Source of the DNA: a virus
Virus record (IMG/VR): IMGVR_UViG_3300031218_000007
Strand: one strand, 5' to 3'
DNA length: 33,703 bases
Part shown: piece by piece, positions 1 to 6,772 of the stretch
Position numbering within the stretch: the stretch's first letter is position 1
Layout of the letters: the number at the start of each line of letters is the position of its first letter
Position numbers and translations under genes: made by a program
Notes under the pieces: model-generated
Told to the model about the DNA's origin: nothing
The model's database searches: none
What the model saw: only the letters and a program-made list of their open reading frames with translations

Positions 1-127
1 GCCATCGATGACCGGCGGCAGTCCACGGTCGGCTCGCTGCTGCTTGCGCTCGGCGGCCTTTGTCGCCTTTTCCCTGTCGGTCATTCGCGGTCGTCCCATA
101 GGAGGGCACTTTCTAGCGTGGTATGCG
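1..127. repeat. Terminal overlap, copy 1 (identical to 33577-33703)
   Basis: First 127 nt recur exactly as the last 127 nt, so the contig closes on itself. 127 is a common assembler k-mer length. Confidence 0.95.
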
Positions 128-136
128 CCCCGTCAA
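108..136 (-). promoter_or_regulatory. Sigma70-like promoter for the first leftward gene (predicts a leaderless mRNA)
   Basis: Minus strand reads TTGACG (136-131), a 17-nt spacer, GAAAGT (113-108), then 8 nt to the ATG at 99. This is the same geometry as the promoters at 12181 and 17618. Confidence 0.45.
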
Positions 137-168
137 GCCCGTCTAGCAAGAAATATGGCAATAGGGCT

Positions 169-188
169 TGTATTCATAATCTGGATAC
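169..188 (-). promoter_or_regulatory. GTATCCA-N9-TACA motif (minus-strand copy)
   Basis: Minus strand reads GTATCCAgattatgaaTACA, 70 nt upstream of the leftward ATG at 99. Confidence 0.5.
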
Positions 189-237
189 ACACAGTGACAG
201 ATGCAAAGACGGTTTCGTAGTCGTTTTCGTGTGTTAA

Positions 238-274
238 GCGTCCCTGCCGTTTATTCGGTGGGGGCGCTTTTTTT
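238..274 (+). terminator. Rho-independent terminator-like hairpin
   Basis: GCGTCCC (238-244) pairs with GGGGCGC (261-267) with one G.U pair, followed by a run of 7 T. Confidence 0.5.
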
Positions 275-285
275 CGTATAGGGTA

Positions 286-314
286 TTGACACGCGGGCAG
301 ATTGCTGCATTTGT
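286..314 (+). promoter_or_regulatory. Candidate promoter of a short terminated unit
   Basis: TTGACA (286-291), then 17-18 nt to ATTTGT/TTTGTA. About 100 nt downstream lies the strong terminator at 380-419. Confidence 0.35.
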
Positions 315-379
315 AGGCGTATCGAAAAGATTCGAAGCTTTGCAGGCACGAACAGTTTTCCCGTCCTAGTGACAATTTT

Positions 380-419
380 AGAACCTCGGTTTTCGCCTGC
401 AAAGCGCCGAGGTTCTTTT
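380..419 (+). terminator. Rho-independent terminator
   Basis: Perfect 10-bp stem AGAACCTCGG / CCGAGGTTCT with a 17-nt loop, followed by TTTT. Confidence 0.7.
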
Positions 420-578
420 GGTCTCAGTCAATAGGAGCAAGCGATGAGATCCATTAGCCCGAGTCCTACGGTGCAGTCGTCAACTCATAACTGGGGACTG
501 CTTAATACGGATTCGATGACCGCTTCAGGAATGTCATCGCGTGCACTACCCTGCTATCATGCCTACTCATCGGGAACT

Positions 579-622
579 GAGGCCAGCATCGGGGGTAGAG
601 CGAAAAGCTTGGCCTCTTTTTT
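579..622 (+). terminator. Rho-independent terminator
   Basis: GAGGCCA (579-585) pairs with TGGCCTC (610-616), followed by TTTTTT. Confidence 0.55.
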
Positions 623-743
623 AAGGACAGCACGATTCTCCCGTAATTCAAGGTTTAGGATTTAGGCTTTGGGGTATGGGGGAACCGTGCCCGTAGCCCG
701 GCGCAGCATTTTTAATAAGGTTTGCTACGTAGCATCCAGCCAC

Positions 744-763
744 GTATCCAGAAACCAACTACA
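744..763 (+). promoter_or_regulatory. GTATCCA-N9-TACA motif
   Basis: GTATCCAgaaaccaacTACA, ending 17 nt before the ATG at 780. Confidence 0.55.
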
Positions 764-779
764 CTACCACGAAACGACC

Positions 780-1154
780 ATGAACGACCCCTACACGATC
801 ACACTAGGATTCCCCGACATCGAAATGCTGAAGACTCCGAAAGGCGGCTACAAGCGCAAGACCCTCGAATACATCGGCGTAAGCTGGCCACCGAAAAAAG
901 GCTGGCCTGCCCGCACCGTCGGAAACCGCGTGAATCTGTCCGCATACGAGGCCGCCTTGCATGATGCAGAAATTCTGGCAGGGAAGAAAAACCAGCAACC
1001 CGAGCCGAGGCACCCCGAAGCCCCGCGCTCACGTGGGGAAATGCTCACAGTCATTCAGCGGTGCCAAGCCGGGGACATTGATGCTCTCGGGCTGCTGCGG
1101 ATATTTGAGCACGAGACTGACAAGGCGATTTCGGCTGTCTTGGCTGACTCGTAA
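780..1154 (+). CDS. Hypothetical protein
   Basis: ATG at 780 lies inside track ORF 669-1154 and follows the conserved motif. No domain recognised. Confidence 0.55.
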   Translation: MNDPYTITLGFPDIEMLKTPKGGYKRKTLEYIGVSWPPKKGWPARTVGNRVNLSAYEAALHDAEILAGKKNQQPEPRHPEAPRSRGEMLTVIQRCQAGDIDALGLLRIFEHETDKAISAVLADS

Positions 1155-1170
1155 AATATGCACACAGCTA

Positions 1171-1186
1171 TTGACAGACCTGCACA
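1171..1186 (+). promoter_or_regulatory. TTGACA..CCTGCACA promoter motif
   Basis: TTGACAgaCCTGCACA with CAAGAT 18 nt after the -35 element. Lies upstream of the methyltransferase ATG at 1218. Confidence 0.55.
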
Positions 1187-1217
1187 GATCCGCTCAAGAT
1201 GCGGGAACGAAACCACT

Positions 1218-1856
1218 ATGAAAACCGACCTCCTAGACATCCGCCACGCCGACTGCATGGATCTCATGCGCGAATATCCTGATGGGCACTTCTCACTTGC
1301 CATCGTAGATCCGCCGTACGGGATAAACGTGGCTGAAATGAACATGGGGGTTGGAAAAGGTAAGCGATGCGCTAAGATCGAAAACAGGAAATGGAAAATC
1401 AAGAAATGGGATAGTGATGCACCAAACGATGATTACTTTGAAGAGTTATTTCGAGTATCTAAAAATCAAGTTATATGGGGAGGTAATTATTTCAATCTGC
1501 CTATTTCCCAATATTTTGCTATATGGGATAAGGGCGAAGGTATGCGAGGGCGTAGTTTTGCAGAATGCGAGATGGCATGGGTTAGCAACGGAGGGACAAG
1601 AATTTTCAAAATGTCTCCAGTTGATCGTGAACGAATCCACCCCACGCAAAAGCCCGTCGCGCTCTACGACTGGATTCTCCGCAACTACGCCAAGCCCGGC
1701 GACACGATCCTCGACACGCACATGGGCAGCGGCAGCATTGCGATCGCCTGCCACTACGCAGGGCACCACCTGACGGCTTGCGAGCTGGACGCCGACTACT
1801 ACGCCGCAGGCTGTGAGCGGGTGATGCGCGAGACGCAGCAGACCACGCTGTTTTGA
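1218..1856 (+). CDS. DNA methyltransferase, beta-class N6-adenine/N4-cytosine type
   Basis: Motif IV (AIVDPPYG) precedes HPTQKP and motif I (DTHMGSGS). That DPPY-before-FxGxG order defines the beta class of N4/N6 MTases. Confidence 0.85.
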   Translation: MKTDLLDIRHADCMDLMREYPDGHFSLAIVDPPYGINVAEMNMGVGKGKRCAKIENRKWKIKKWDSDAPNDDYFEELFRVSKNQVIWGGNYFNLPISQYFAIWDKGEGMRGRSFAECEMAWVSNGGTRIFKMSPVDRERIHPTQKPVALYDWILRNYAKPGDTILDTHMGSGSIAIACHYAGHHLTACELDADYYAAGCERVMRETQQTTLF

Positions 1857-1875
1857 CAGCAGCCGCACACAGCCA

Positions 1876-1889
1876 TTGACACCTGCACA
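1876..1889 (+). promoter_or_regulatory. TTGACA..CCTGCACA promoter motif
   Basis: TTGACACCTGCACA with CAGGGT 16 nt after the -35 element. Lies upstream of the ATG at 1929. Confidence 0.5.
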
Positions 1890-1928
1890 CGTCCTCGCAG
1901 GGTGGGGGCACGGAACCACGACACGACT

Positions 1929-2408
1929 ATGACCACACCCGAAAACATACTCGCCCTCGACATGGCCACGACTACCGGATGGGCTGAGCTCCGCGCTGGT
2001 GTCGTATCCTGCGGGCGCGTCAAATTCGCCCGACTGCCAGCCACCAAGAGCCGCGAGCAAGACCACGAGGGCAAGCGTCTGCTCGACTTCGAAAAGTGGC
2101 TCCACGGCGTATTGCGCGACCTACAACCGGCGGTGATCTATTTTGAGGAGGCCATTACCAACCGGCCGAATACTGCCCGATTGCTTTACGGATTCCGAGC
2201 TATAATGATGAGCAGGGCAGCGCATTACAACATACCAGCCGTGGGCTGTCACATCGGCACAGTCAAGAAGTTCGCGACCGGCCGCGGCAATGCGCAAAAG
2301 CACGAAATGGTGGCGGCGGCAAAATCGGTCTGGCCGCACTTGGATATTTGCGACGACAATGTCGCAGACGCTCTGCACTTGCTGAATTACGGGCGCGAAA
2401 ATAAATAA
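1929..2408 (+). CDS. RuvC-fold Holliday-junction resolvase
   Basis: N-terminal LALDMATTTGWA and C-terminal DDNVADALHLL acidic motifs. Size (159 aa) and position in the recombination module also fit. Confidence 0.65.
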   Translation: MTTPENILALDMATTTGWAELRAGVVSCGRVKFARLPATKSREQDHEGKRLLDFEKWLHGVLRDLQPAVIYFEEAITNRPNTARLLYGFRAIMMSRAAHYNIPAVGCHIGTVKKFATGRGNAQKHEMVAAAKSVWPHLDICDDNVADALHLLNYGRENK

Positions 2409-2428
2409 ATAAATATGCACAAAAAGAC

Positions 2429-2443
2429 TTGACAACCTGCACA
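2429..2443 (+). promoter_or_regulatory. TTGACA..CCTGCACA promoter motif plus conserved leader
   Basis: TTGACAaCCTGCACA with CATGTT 17 nt downstream. The leader is homologous to the minus-strand cassette at 33311-33393. Confidence 0.55.
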
Positions 2444-2509
2444 GTCTCCCGCATGTTCTTGTTATCGGAGGCAATCAGCCCGAGACACACACACTAAAAA
2501 CTACGAAAT

Positions 2510-2869
2510 ATGAAAATCACATACAAAACAGAGTCAGGCCACAAAGTCGAAATTACAGTTGAGTCTGAGTTTGGACTTAACCTTCAAGGCCGTCGCCGCA
2601 CGGACGGCGAAAAACAATTAGTAATTAGCGTAAGCCTTAACGGTGCCGCTCATTACGCACCACAGGGATTGCAAAAGCTTTTAGTCGCTCAGCAAGGCTG
2701 CGTAGCTAAAATTGGTCAAATTGGCTTAAATGCGCATCGTCTAGCAATCGTAGAGTCAATGATTTGCGAAACTAAAGCAGGGTTCAAGGGTCACAATGAC
2801 GCTATCGCCGCGCAAACTCAATATGCTGGCACAGGCGACATAAATAAAGACTTTGGCGTAAATTGCTAA
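2510..2869 (+). CDS. Hypothetical protein (AT-rich gene)
   Basis: 119-aa ORF with its own promoter/leader and a (CA)n-containing upstream tract. Composition is visibly more AT-rich than its neighbours. Confidence 0.55.
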   Translation: MKITYKTESGHKVEITVESEFGLNLQGRRRTDGEKQLVISVSLNGAAHYAPQGLQKLLVAQQGCVAKIGQIGLNAHRLAIVESMICETKAGFKGHNDAIAAQTQYAGTGDINKDFGVNC

Positions 2870-2912
2870 TAATAGCACTCTCCTCAATAACACACTTAAC
2901 CAACTACGAATT

Positions 2913-3128
2913 ATGAAATTTATCCACAAATTTACAAACGGATCACAGTCCACTACTACAGTCAACGGCCTTCGCTACGACGCTAATCGCGCAGTCCGCG
3001 AGTTTGGAAACCGTAGCGAGAACGGAGGCGGCAACGTATTTATTACCACCTCAATCGAAATGATGGAATCAGACGACTGCGTAGTTTTTAGCTGCATCGA
3101 CGGTGATTTTACCAGATTAATAAAGTAA
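2913..3128 (+). CDS. Hypothetical protein (AT-rich gene)
   Basis: 71-aa ORF on the same strand, followed by the terminator at 3158-3186. Confidence 0.5.
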   Translation: MKFIHKFTNGSQSTTTVNGLRYDANRAVREFGNRSENGGGNVFITTSIEMMESDDCVVFSCIDGDFTRLIK

Positions 3129-3157
3129 CCTGGACACAACCCCACTACCCCGCACAC

Positions 3158-3186
3158 AGCCTGAGCCTAACCCGCTCGGGCTTTTT
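3158..3186 (+). terminator. Rho-independent terminator
   Basis: AGCCTGAGC / GCTCGGGCT 9-bp stem (one G.U pair), 7-nt loop, then TTTTT. Confidence 0.65.
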
Positions 3187-3219
3187 GGGTGCCAGCATTC
3201 CGCCAGGCACCAACCAAAT

Positions 3220-3591
3220 ATGAGCACATTTACAATCCAAGGCCGCGTGACGGTCATCAAGGACGAGCAGACGTTCGACAGCGGCTTCAATAAGCGCGCA
3301 TTTGTCATTTCAGACGGCGCGGACAAATACCCGCAGGAGCTCGAATTCGAGACTGTGAAGGACAAGACTGAGCTTGTCGCGGCGCTGAACGTCGGCGATC
3401 TTGTTGATATCGGATTCAACCTTCGAGGCCGGGGGTGGAAAGAAAAACACTTCATCAACTTAGAGGCGTGGAAGATCACCGTGCTGGAGTCGGCAAGCCC
3501 GGAACCGCGCACCGAGCAAGCGGCCAAGGCTGCACCCGAAGGCGACGGATTTGACCTCGACGACCCGCTCGACGAGGACGTGCCTTTCTGA
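3220..3591 (+). CDS. DUF3127-type OB-fold ssDNA-binding-like protein with SSB-like acidic tail
   Basis: The core (YPQELEFETV...VGDLVDIGFNLRGRGWKEKHFINLEAWKI) matches the DUF3127 pattern. The C-terminus DLDDPLDEDVPF mimics the bacterial SSB tail DDDIPF. Confidence 0.7.
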   Translation: MSTFTIQGRVTVIKDEQTFDSGFNKRAFVISDGADKYPQELEFETVKDKTELVAALNVGDLVDIGFNLRGRGWKEKHFINLEAWKITVLESASPEPRTEQAAKAAPEGDGFDLDDPLDEDVPF

Positions 3592-3647
3592 TCCGCCTCC
3601 GCACCCCGTAACCAACCACAGCAACCACAGCAACCACACCACACACC

Positions 3648-3839
3648 ATGACAGACCAACCAGCACCAACTAAAGAACCCCGCGTCAACCGCGTAAGGCT
3701 CAACACGTTCATAACGCCGACGACCCATTCGACGGTCAAACGGCTCAACCGCGAAGGCGTCGGACGCAGCGACGGCGCAGTCATCGACCTCGCCGTCAGT
3801 GATCTCGCAGACAAGGTAGCCAAAGGGGGCAGCGAGTGA
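3648..3839 (+). CDS. Small protein, possible ribbon-helix-helix DNA binder
   Basis: 63 aa. RVRLNTFITPTTHSTVKRL resembles an RHH beta-strand/helix start. The stop overlaps the GTG start of erf. Confidence 0.4.
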   Translation: MTDQPAPTKEPRVNRVRLNTFITPTTHSTVKRLNREGVGRSDGAVIDLAVSDLADKVAKGGSE

Positions 3840-4636
3840 GCGCGGAAACAAAGGCCGGCAAGATCGCCCCCGCGCTGATTGCTATTATGCGCGAAATCTC
3901 AGCCATTGATAAGGGCGGATACAACCAGCAACAGAAGTTCAAATTTCGTGGTATTGAGCAAGTGCTCAACTGCCTAAACGGCGTTTTCAAAACTCATGGC
4001 GTAGTTATTCTGACAGACGTGTTAGCTCACAAAGTAAGCGAATTTAAAACAAAGCACGGCACGTCTGGATATCACCACCTGACAGACGTTCGATTTCGAT
4101 TTATGGCTGAGGACGGCTCAGAGGTGGCAATGACATCGATCGGTGAAGCGATGGACTACGGCGACAAGGGCGCATCAAAAACGCTCTCAATTGCGCTCAA
4201 ATATGCGCTTGTCAATATGTTCCTAATTCCGACTGAGGAAATGGCAAAGGACGATCCTGACGCCACGACTCACGAGGTGGCAAAGTCGCCTGCGTCAAAG
4301 CCAACCGCCCCGCACCCCGCAACCATACCGAAGACGCCCGCAGAAAAAGCCGAGGCATGGGCGGCCAAGCGTGCCGAGCTGAAATGGTTTGAGATTACGA
4401 GTCCGCTGGCAACGCCCGCGAAGTGGAAAGGCAAGCAGCTCTCAGACATTGCCAGCGACGGCGACATTAAGAGCCTACAGGCAATCAAGACATTCTTCGG
4501 CAAGTCAGAAAGCGCTGACACTCCTGCGCTCACCGGGCTGCTCAAAAAGCTCGACATGGCTTTAACTGAGGCCAAGTCCAACGAGGTGCCGACAGCTACC
4601 GACCCGCAAGGCAAAGAGGTCGATGCCCCGTATTAG
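3836..4636 (+). CDS. erf: Erf-family single-strand annealing protein
   Basis: QQKFKFRGIEQV...GEAMDYGDKGASKTLSIALKYALVNMFLIPT fits the Erf family core. The GTG start overlaps the upstream stop (GTGA). Confidence 0.75.
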   Translation: MSAETKAGKIAPALIAIMREISAIDKGGYNQQQKFKFRGIEQVLNCLNGVFKTHGVVILTDVLAHKVSEFKTKHGTSGYHHLTDVRFRFMAEDGSEVAMTSIGEAMDYGDKGASKTLSIALKYALVNMFLIPTEEMAKDDPDATTHEVAKSPASKPTAPHPATIPKTPAEKAEAWAAKRAELKWFEITSPLATPAKWKGKQLSDIASDGDIKSLQAIKTFFGKSESADTPALTGLLKKLDMALTEAKSNEVPTATDPQGKEVDAPY

Positions 4637-4657
4637 CTGAGCATAGACATCCCGACC

Positions 4658-4677
4658 GTATCCAATACTCAACTACA
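4658..4677 (+). promoter_or_regulatory. GTATCCA-N9-TACA motif
   Basis: GTATCCAatactcaacTACA, ending 9 nt before the ATG at 4686. Confidence 0.55.
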
Positions 4678-4685
4678 CTACGAGC

Positions 4686-4841
4686 ATGAGCGACCAGATC
4701 CCCAAGACCACATCACCCGACAAGGTGCAAGCGGCGAAAGATAAGAGCTTAGCCGAAGCCGCGCAGACGATCAGCCCACGTACTGCGCGGCTGGGATGGA
4801 TGCCGGACGAGTGCCGAAATTTCGAGGAATGGGACAGATAA
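4686..4841 (+). CDS. Small hypothetical protein (51 aa, below the track cut-off)
   Basis: Hand translation: MSDQIPKTTSPDKVQAAKDKSLAEAAQTISPRTARLGWMPDECRNFEEWDR. It fills the gap and is preceded by the conserved motif. Confidence 0.4.
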   Translation: MSDQIPKTTSPDKVQAAKDKSLAEAAQTISPRTARLGWMPDECRNFEEWDR

Positions 4842-4855
4842 CTGTTCTCCGACCT

Positions 4856-4880
4856 CACACACACACACACACACACACAC
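4856..4880 (+). repeat. (CA)12 dinucleotide microsatellite
   Basis: Uninterrupted CACACA... run of 25 nt, ending 9 nt before the ATG at 4890. Confidence 0.95.
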
Positions 4881-4889
4881 GAAAACGAA

Positions 4890-5225
4890 ATGAAAATAAA
4901 AGAGCACATAAAGGAAATCATCAACCTCATCGCCAGTTCAATTATTGACGGAGATTACGAAGTTGTCCAGTTTACAGATCACTCAATAAAAATTGAAATT
5001 GACGAATCGAAATTTGAAATATGGACAGCTAACGGTGCTGAATACTTAGATTTTTGGGAATCTAAGGGTATGTTTGGCGAGGCGTTTGGCGACGAGTCAA
5101 CGCGCAAGAAAATATGGGATTCGCTCGAATCTCACATACAGCTGCACCGCGCAACGACACTAAAGGACGAAAAGCTGGCAACTATTGCGAAGCTGCAAGC
5201 TGAACTCTCCGACCTCACCACATAA
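4890..5225 (+). CDS. Hypothetical protein (AT-rich gene)
   Basis: 111-aa ORF immediately after the (CA)12 tract. Confidence 0.55.
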   Translation: MKIKEHIKEIINLIASSIIDGDYEVVQFTDHSIKIEIDESKFEIWTANGAEYLDFWESKGMFGEAFGDESTRKKIWDSLESHIQLHRATTLKDEKLATIAKLQAELSDLTT

Positions 5226-5233
5226 GGCACATA

Positions 5234-6115
5234 ATGAAAAAACCACACGAAATCACGATCCCCGAAATCGACGAAAGCGCACCGCTCGCCCTATTTAATG
5301 GCGACCGGCTGAAACTGGAGATCGATAAGATGGAGCTAGAAATTAACTCCCTTGTCCTCGATCCAACCAACCCCGCAGAGCACAAACACTATGGCAGCAT
5401 CAGTCTAAAGATCGGCAAGTTCTTCGCTGCCATTGACCGAGCTGGAAAGTCGCTAGTCGATCCGCTCAAACAGGAAGCTAAAAAGGTTGACGCTCAGCGC
5501 AGCATTGCAAAGAGCCGAGGCGCAGAGCTCAAGGCTGACTTCCTGTTCCCGCGGACGCAATACGACGCCGAAGTCGCAGCACACGCCAAAGCGATCACGG
5601 ACGCGCTGGAGCTGATGCAGAACGGGCACCACCGCGTCGGAGAGTTTCGGACTACAACGCTTGCCGAGTGGGACGCGCATCTCGCAGCGATCAACGCCGT
5701 CGAGCTGTCGGAGTCGTTCTTTGGCGATCGCCTAGCCGACGCTCGTGAGCTGCAAGGCACGGCCATCGAAATGAACACGGCACGCCGCGCTAAGTTTATC
5801 GAAGATCAAGCCGCACTGGAGGCCGGACGCGCCGCCCTCAAGGTGCAGCAGGACGCCGAGGCAGCAAAGCGCCATGCTGAGCGCGTAGCGGCGCAGGAAA
5901 AGGCTAAGGGTGATGCCTCGCCCGCAAGGCCGCAAGAGGCAGCGAATCCTTTGTCACTGAGAGAGTGGGAATCAAGTATGGAATTACTCGTAAAAAATGC
6001 AAAGAATAATATTTACGGGCATCTTGTAGCTTACGGAATGCCCAAAGAAAGCGCAATTAAGTTCATCGACGCGATCGCCGATGGACTTACTGAGCACCTG
6101 AAAATCGTAGCTTAA
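5234..6115 (+). CDS. Hypothetical coiled-coil protein
   Basis: 293-aa ORF with an Ala/Glu/Lys-rich central helical region. Sits next to the recombination genes. Confidence 0.6.
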   Translation: MKKPHEITIPEIDESAPLALFNGDRLKLEIDKMELEINSLVLDPTNPAEHKHYGSISLKIGKFFAAIDRAGKSLVDPLKQEAKKVDAQRSIAKSRGAELKADFLFPRTQYDAEVAAHAKAITDALELMQNGHHRVGEFRTTTLAEWDAHLAAINAVELSESFFGDRLADARELQGTAIEMNTARRAKFIEDQAALEAGRAALKVQQDAEAAKRHAERVAAQEKAKGDASPARPQEAANPLSLREWESSMELLVKNAKNNIYGHLVAYGMPKESAIKFIDAIADGLTEHLKIVA

Positions 6116-6165
6116 TCAACCAGCCGACGCGCACCCACAGCACGCGCCAAGGCTCAATCAACGCT

Positions 6166-6185
6166 GTATCCACAATCCCACTACA
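6166..6185 (+). promoter_or_regulatory. GTATCCA-N9-TACA motif
   Basis: GTATCCAcaatcccacTACA, ending 2 nt before the ATG at 6187. Confidence 0.55.
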
Positions 6186-6186
6186 T

Positions 6187-6720
6187 ATGGAAATACTAAA
6201 ATTCATACTCAAACCGAAACTCGTGCTTTCAAAGATTAACAATGACTCTGACCAAGGCGAGGAAACCCGCACGAGCGAGTCACCTGAAAAGCCGATGGAC
6301 GAATGCTTCACCGCAATGCAAGCGCTCTCTGACGTTGTAATCAGCGTGCTTGAACTGCCCACCACATACGCGGGCAAGAAAGGCGAGGAAACCCGCACGA
6401 GCGAGTCACCTGAAAAGCCGATGGACGAATGCTTCACCGCAATGCAAGCGCTCTCTGACGTTGTAATCAGCGTGCTCTTCAAGAAAGCGCTCCGGAACGG
6501 CAAGACGCACAAAGGCGAGACCCCGCTAATCCAGATCGACGAGCCAGCAGGCTCGGAGAAAGAAGAGCGCGGACTTGCTGCGGGCGAGGCGGCAACTTGC
6601 AACCAGGCGATTGCCGCTGCTACCCTGTATATCGCTGGCACACGCCAACAGCAGACGATGGAGGGGATGATGATCGGGCGATTTGACCCCGACCAAGAAG
6701 ACCTCGGCCTAGAAGATTAA
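6187..6720 (+). CDS. Hypothetical protein with an internal perfect duplication
   Basis: 177-aa ORF. The segment GEETRTSESPEKPMDECFTAMQALSDVVISVL occurs twice. Confidence 0.55.
   Translation: MEILKFILKPKLVLSKINNDSDQGEETRTSESPEKPMDECFTAMQALSDVVISVLELPTTYAGKKGEETRTSESPEKPMDECFTAMQALSDVVISVLFKKALRNGKTHKGETPLIQIDEPAGSEKEERGLAAGEAATCNQAIAAATLYIAGTRQQQTMEGMMIGRFDPDQEDLGLED
6254..6476 (+). repeat. In-frame tandem duplication (97-bp identical core, 126-bp period)
   Basis: 6254-6350 is identical to 6380-6476. The 126-bp offset equals 42 codons. Confidence 0.9.
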
Positions 6721-6772
6721 CCTGTGCGCGGCGCAAGTCCGACCCTTGCGCTGCCACCAACACACACACACC

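Noticed and set aside
8-665. Track ORFs 8-220 (+), 133-402 (-) and 444-665 (+), including a 21-aa hydrophobic peptide (155-220) that looked like a type I toxin
   Set aside because: Their composition is non-coding-like and they span terminator hairpins. The 155-220 peptide overlaps the minus-strand GTATCCA-N9-TACA motif and the promoter region of the leftward operon. No start context supports any of them.
669-779. TTG start at 669 for the first rightward gene
   Set aside because: The conserved upstream motif (744-763) lies inside that extension. The ATG at 780 has the same context as the other genes.
6254-6476. Diversity-generating retroelement (template/variable repeat pair)
   Set aside because: The two copies are 100% identical with no adenine-specific differences. 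They are tandem within one gene, and no reverse transcriptase is encoded.
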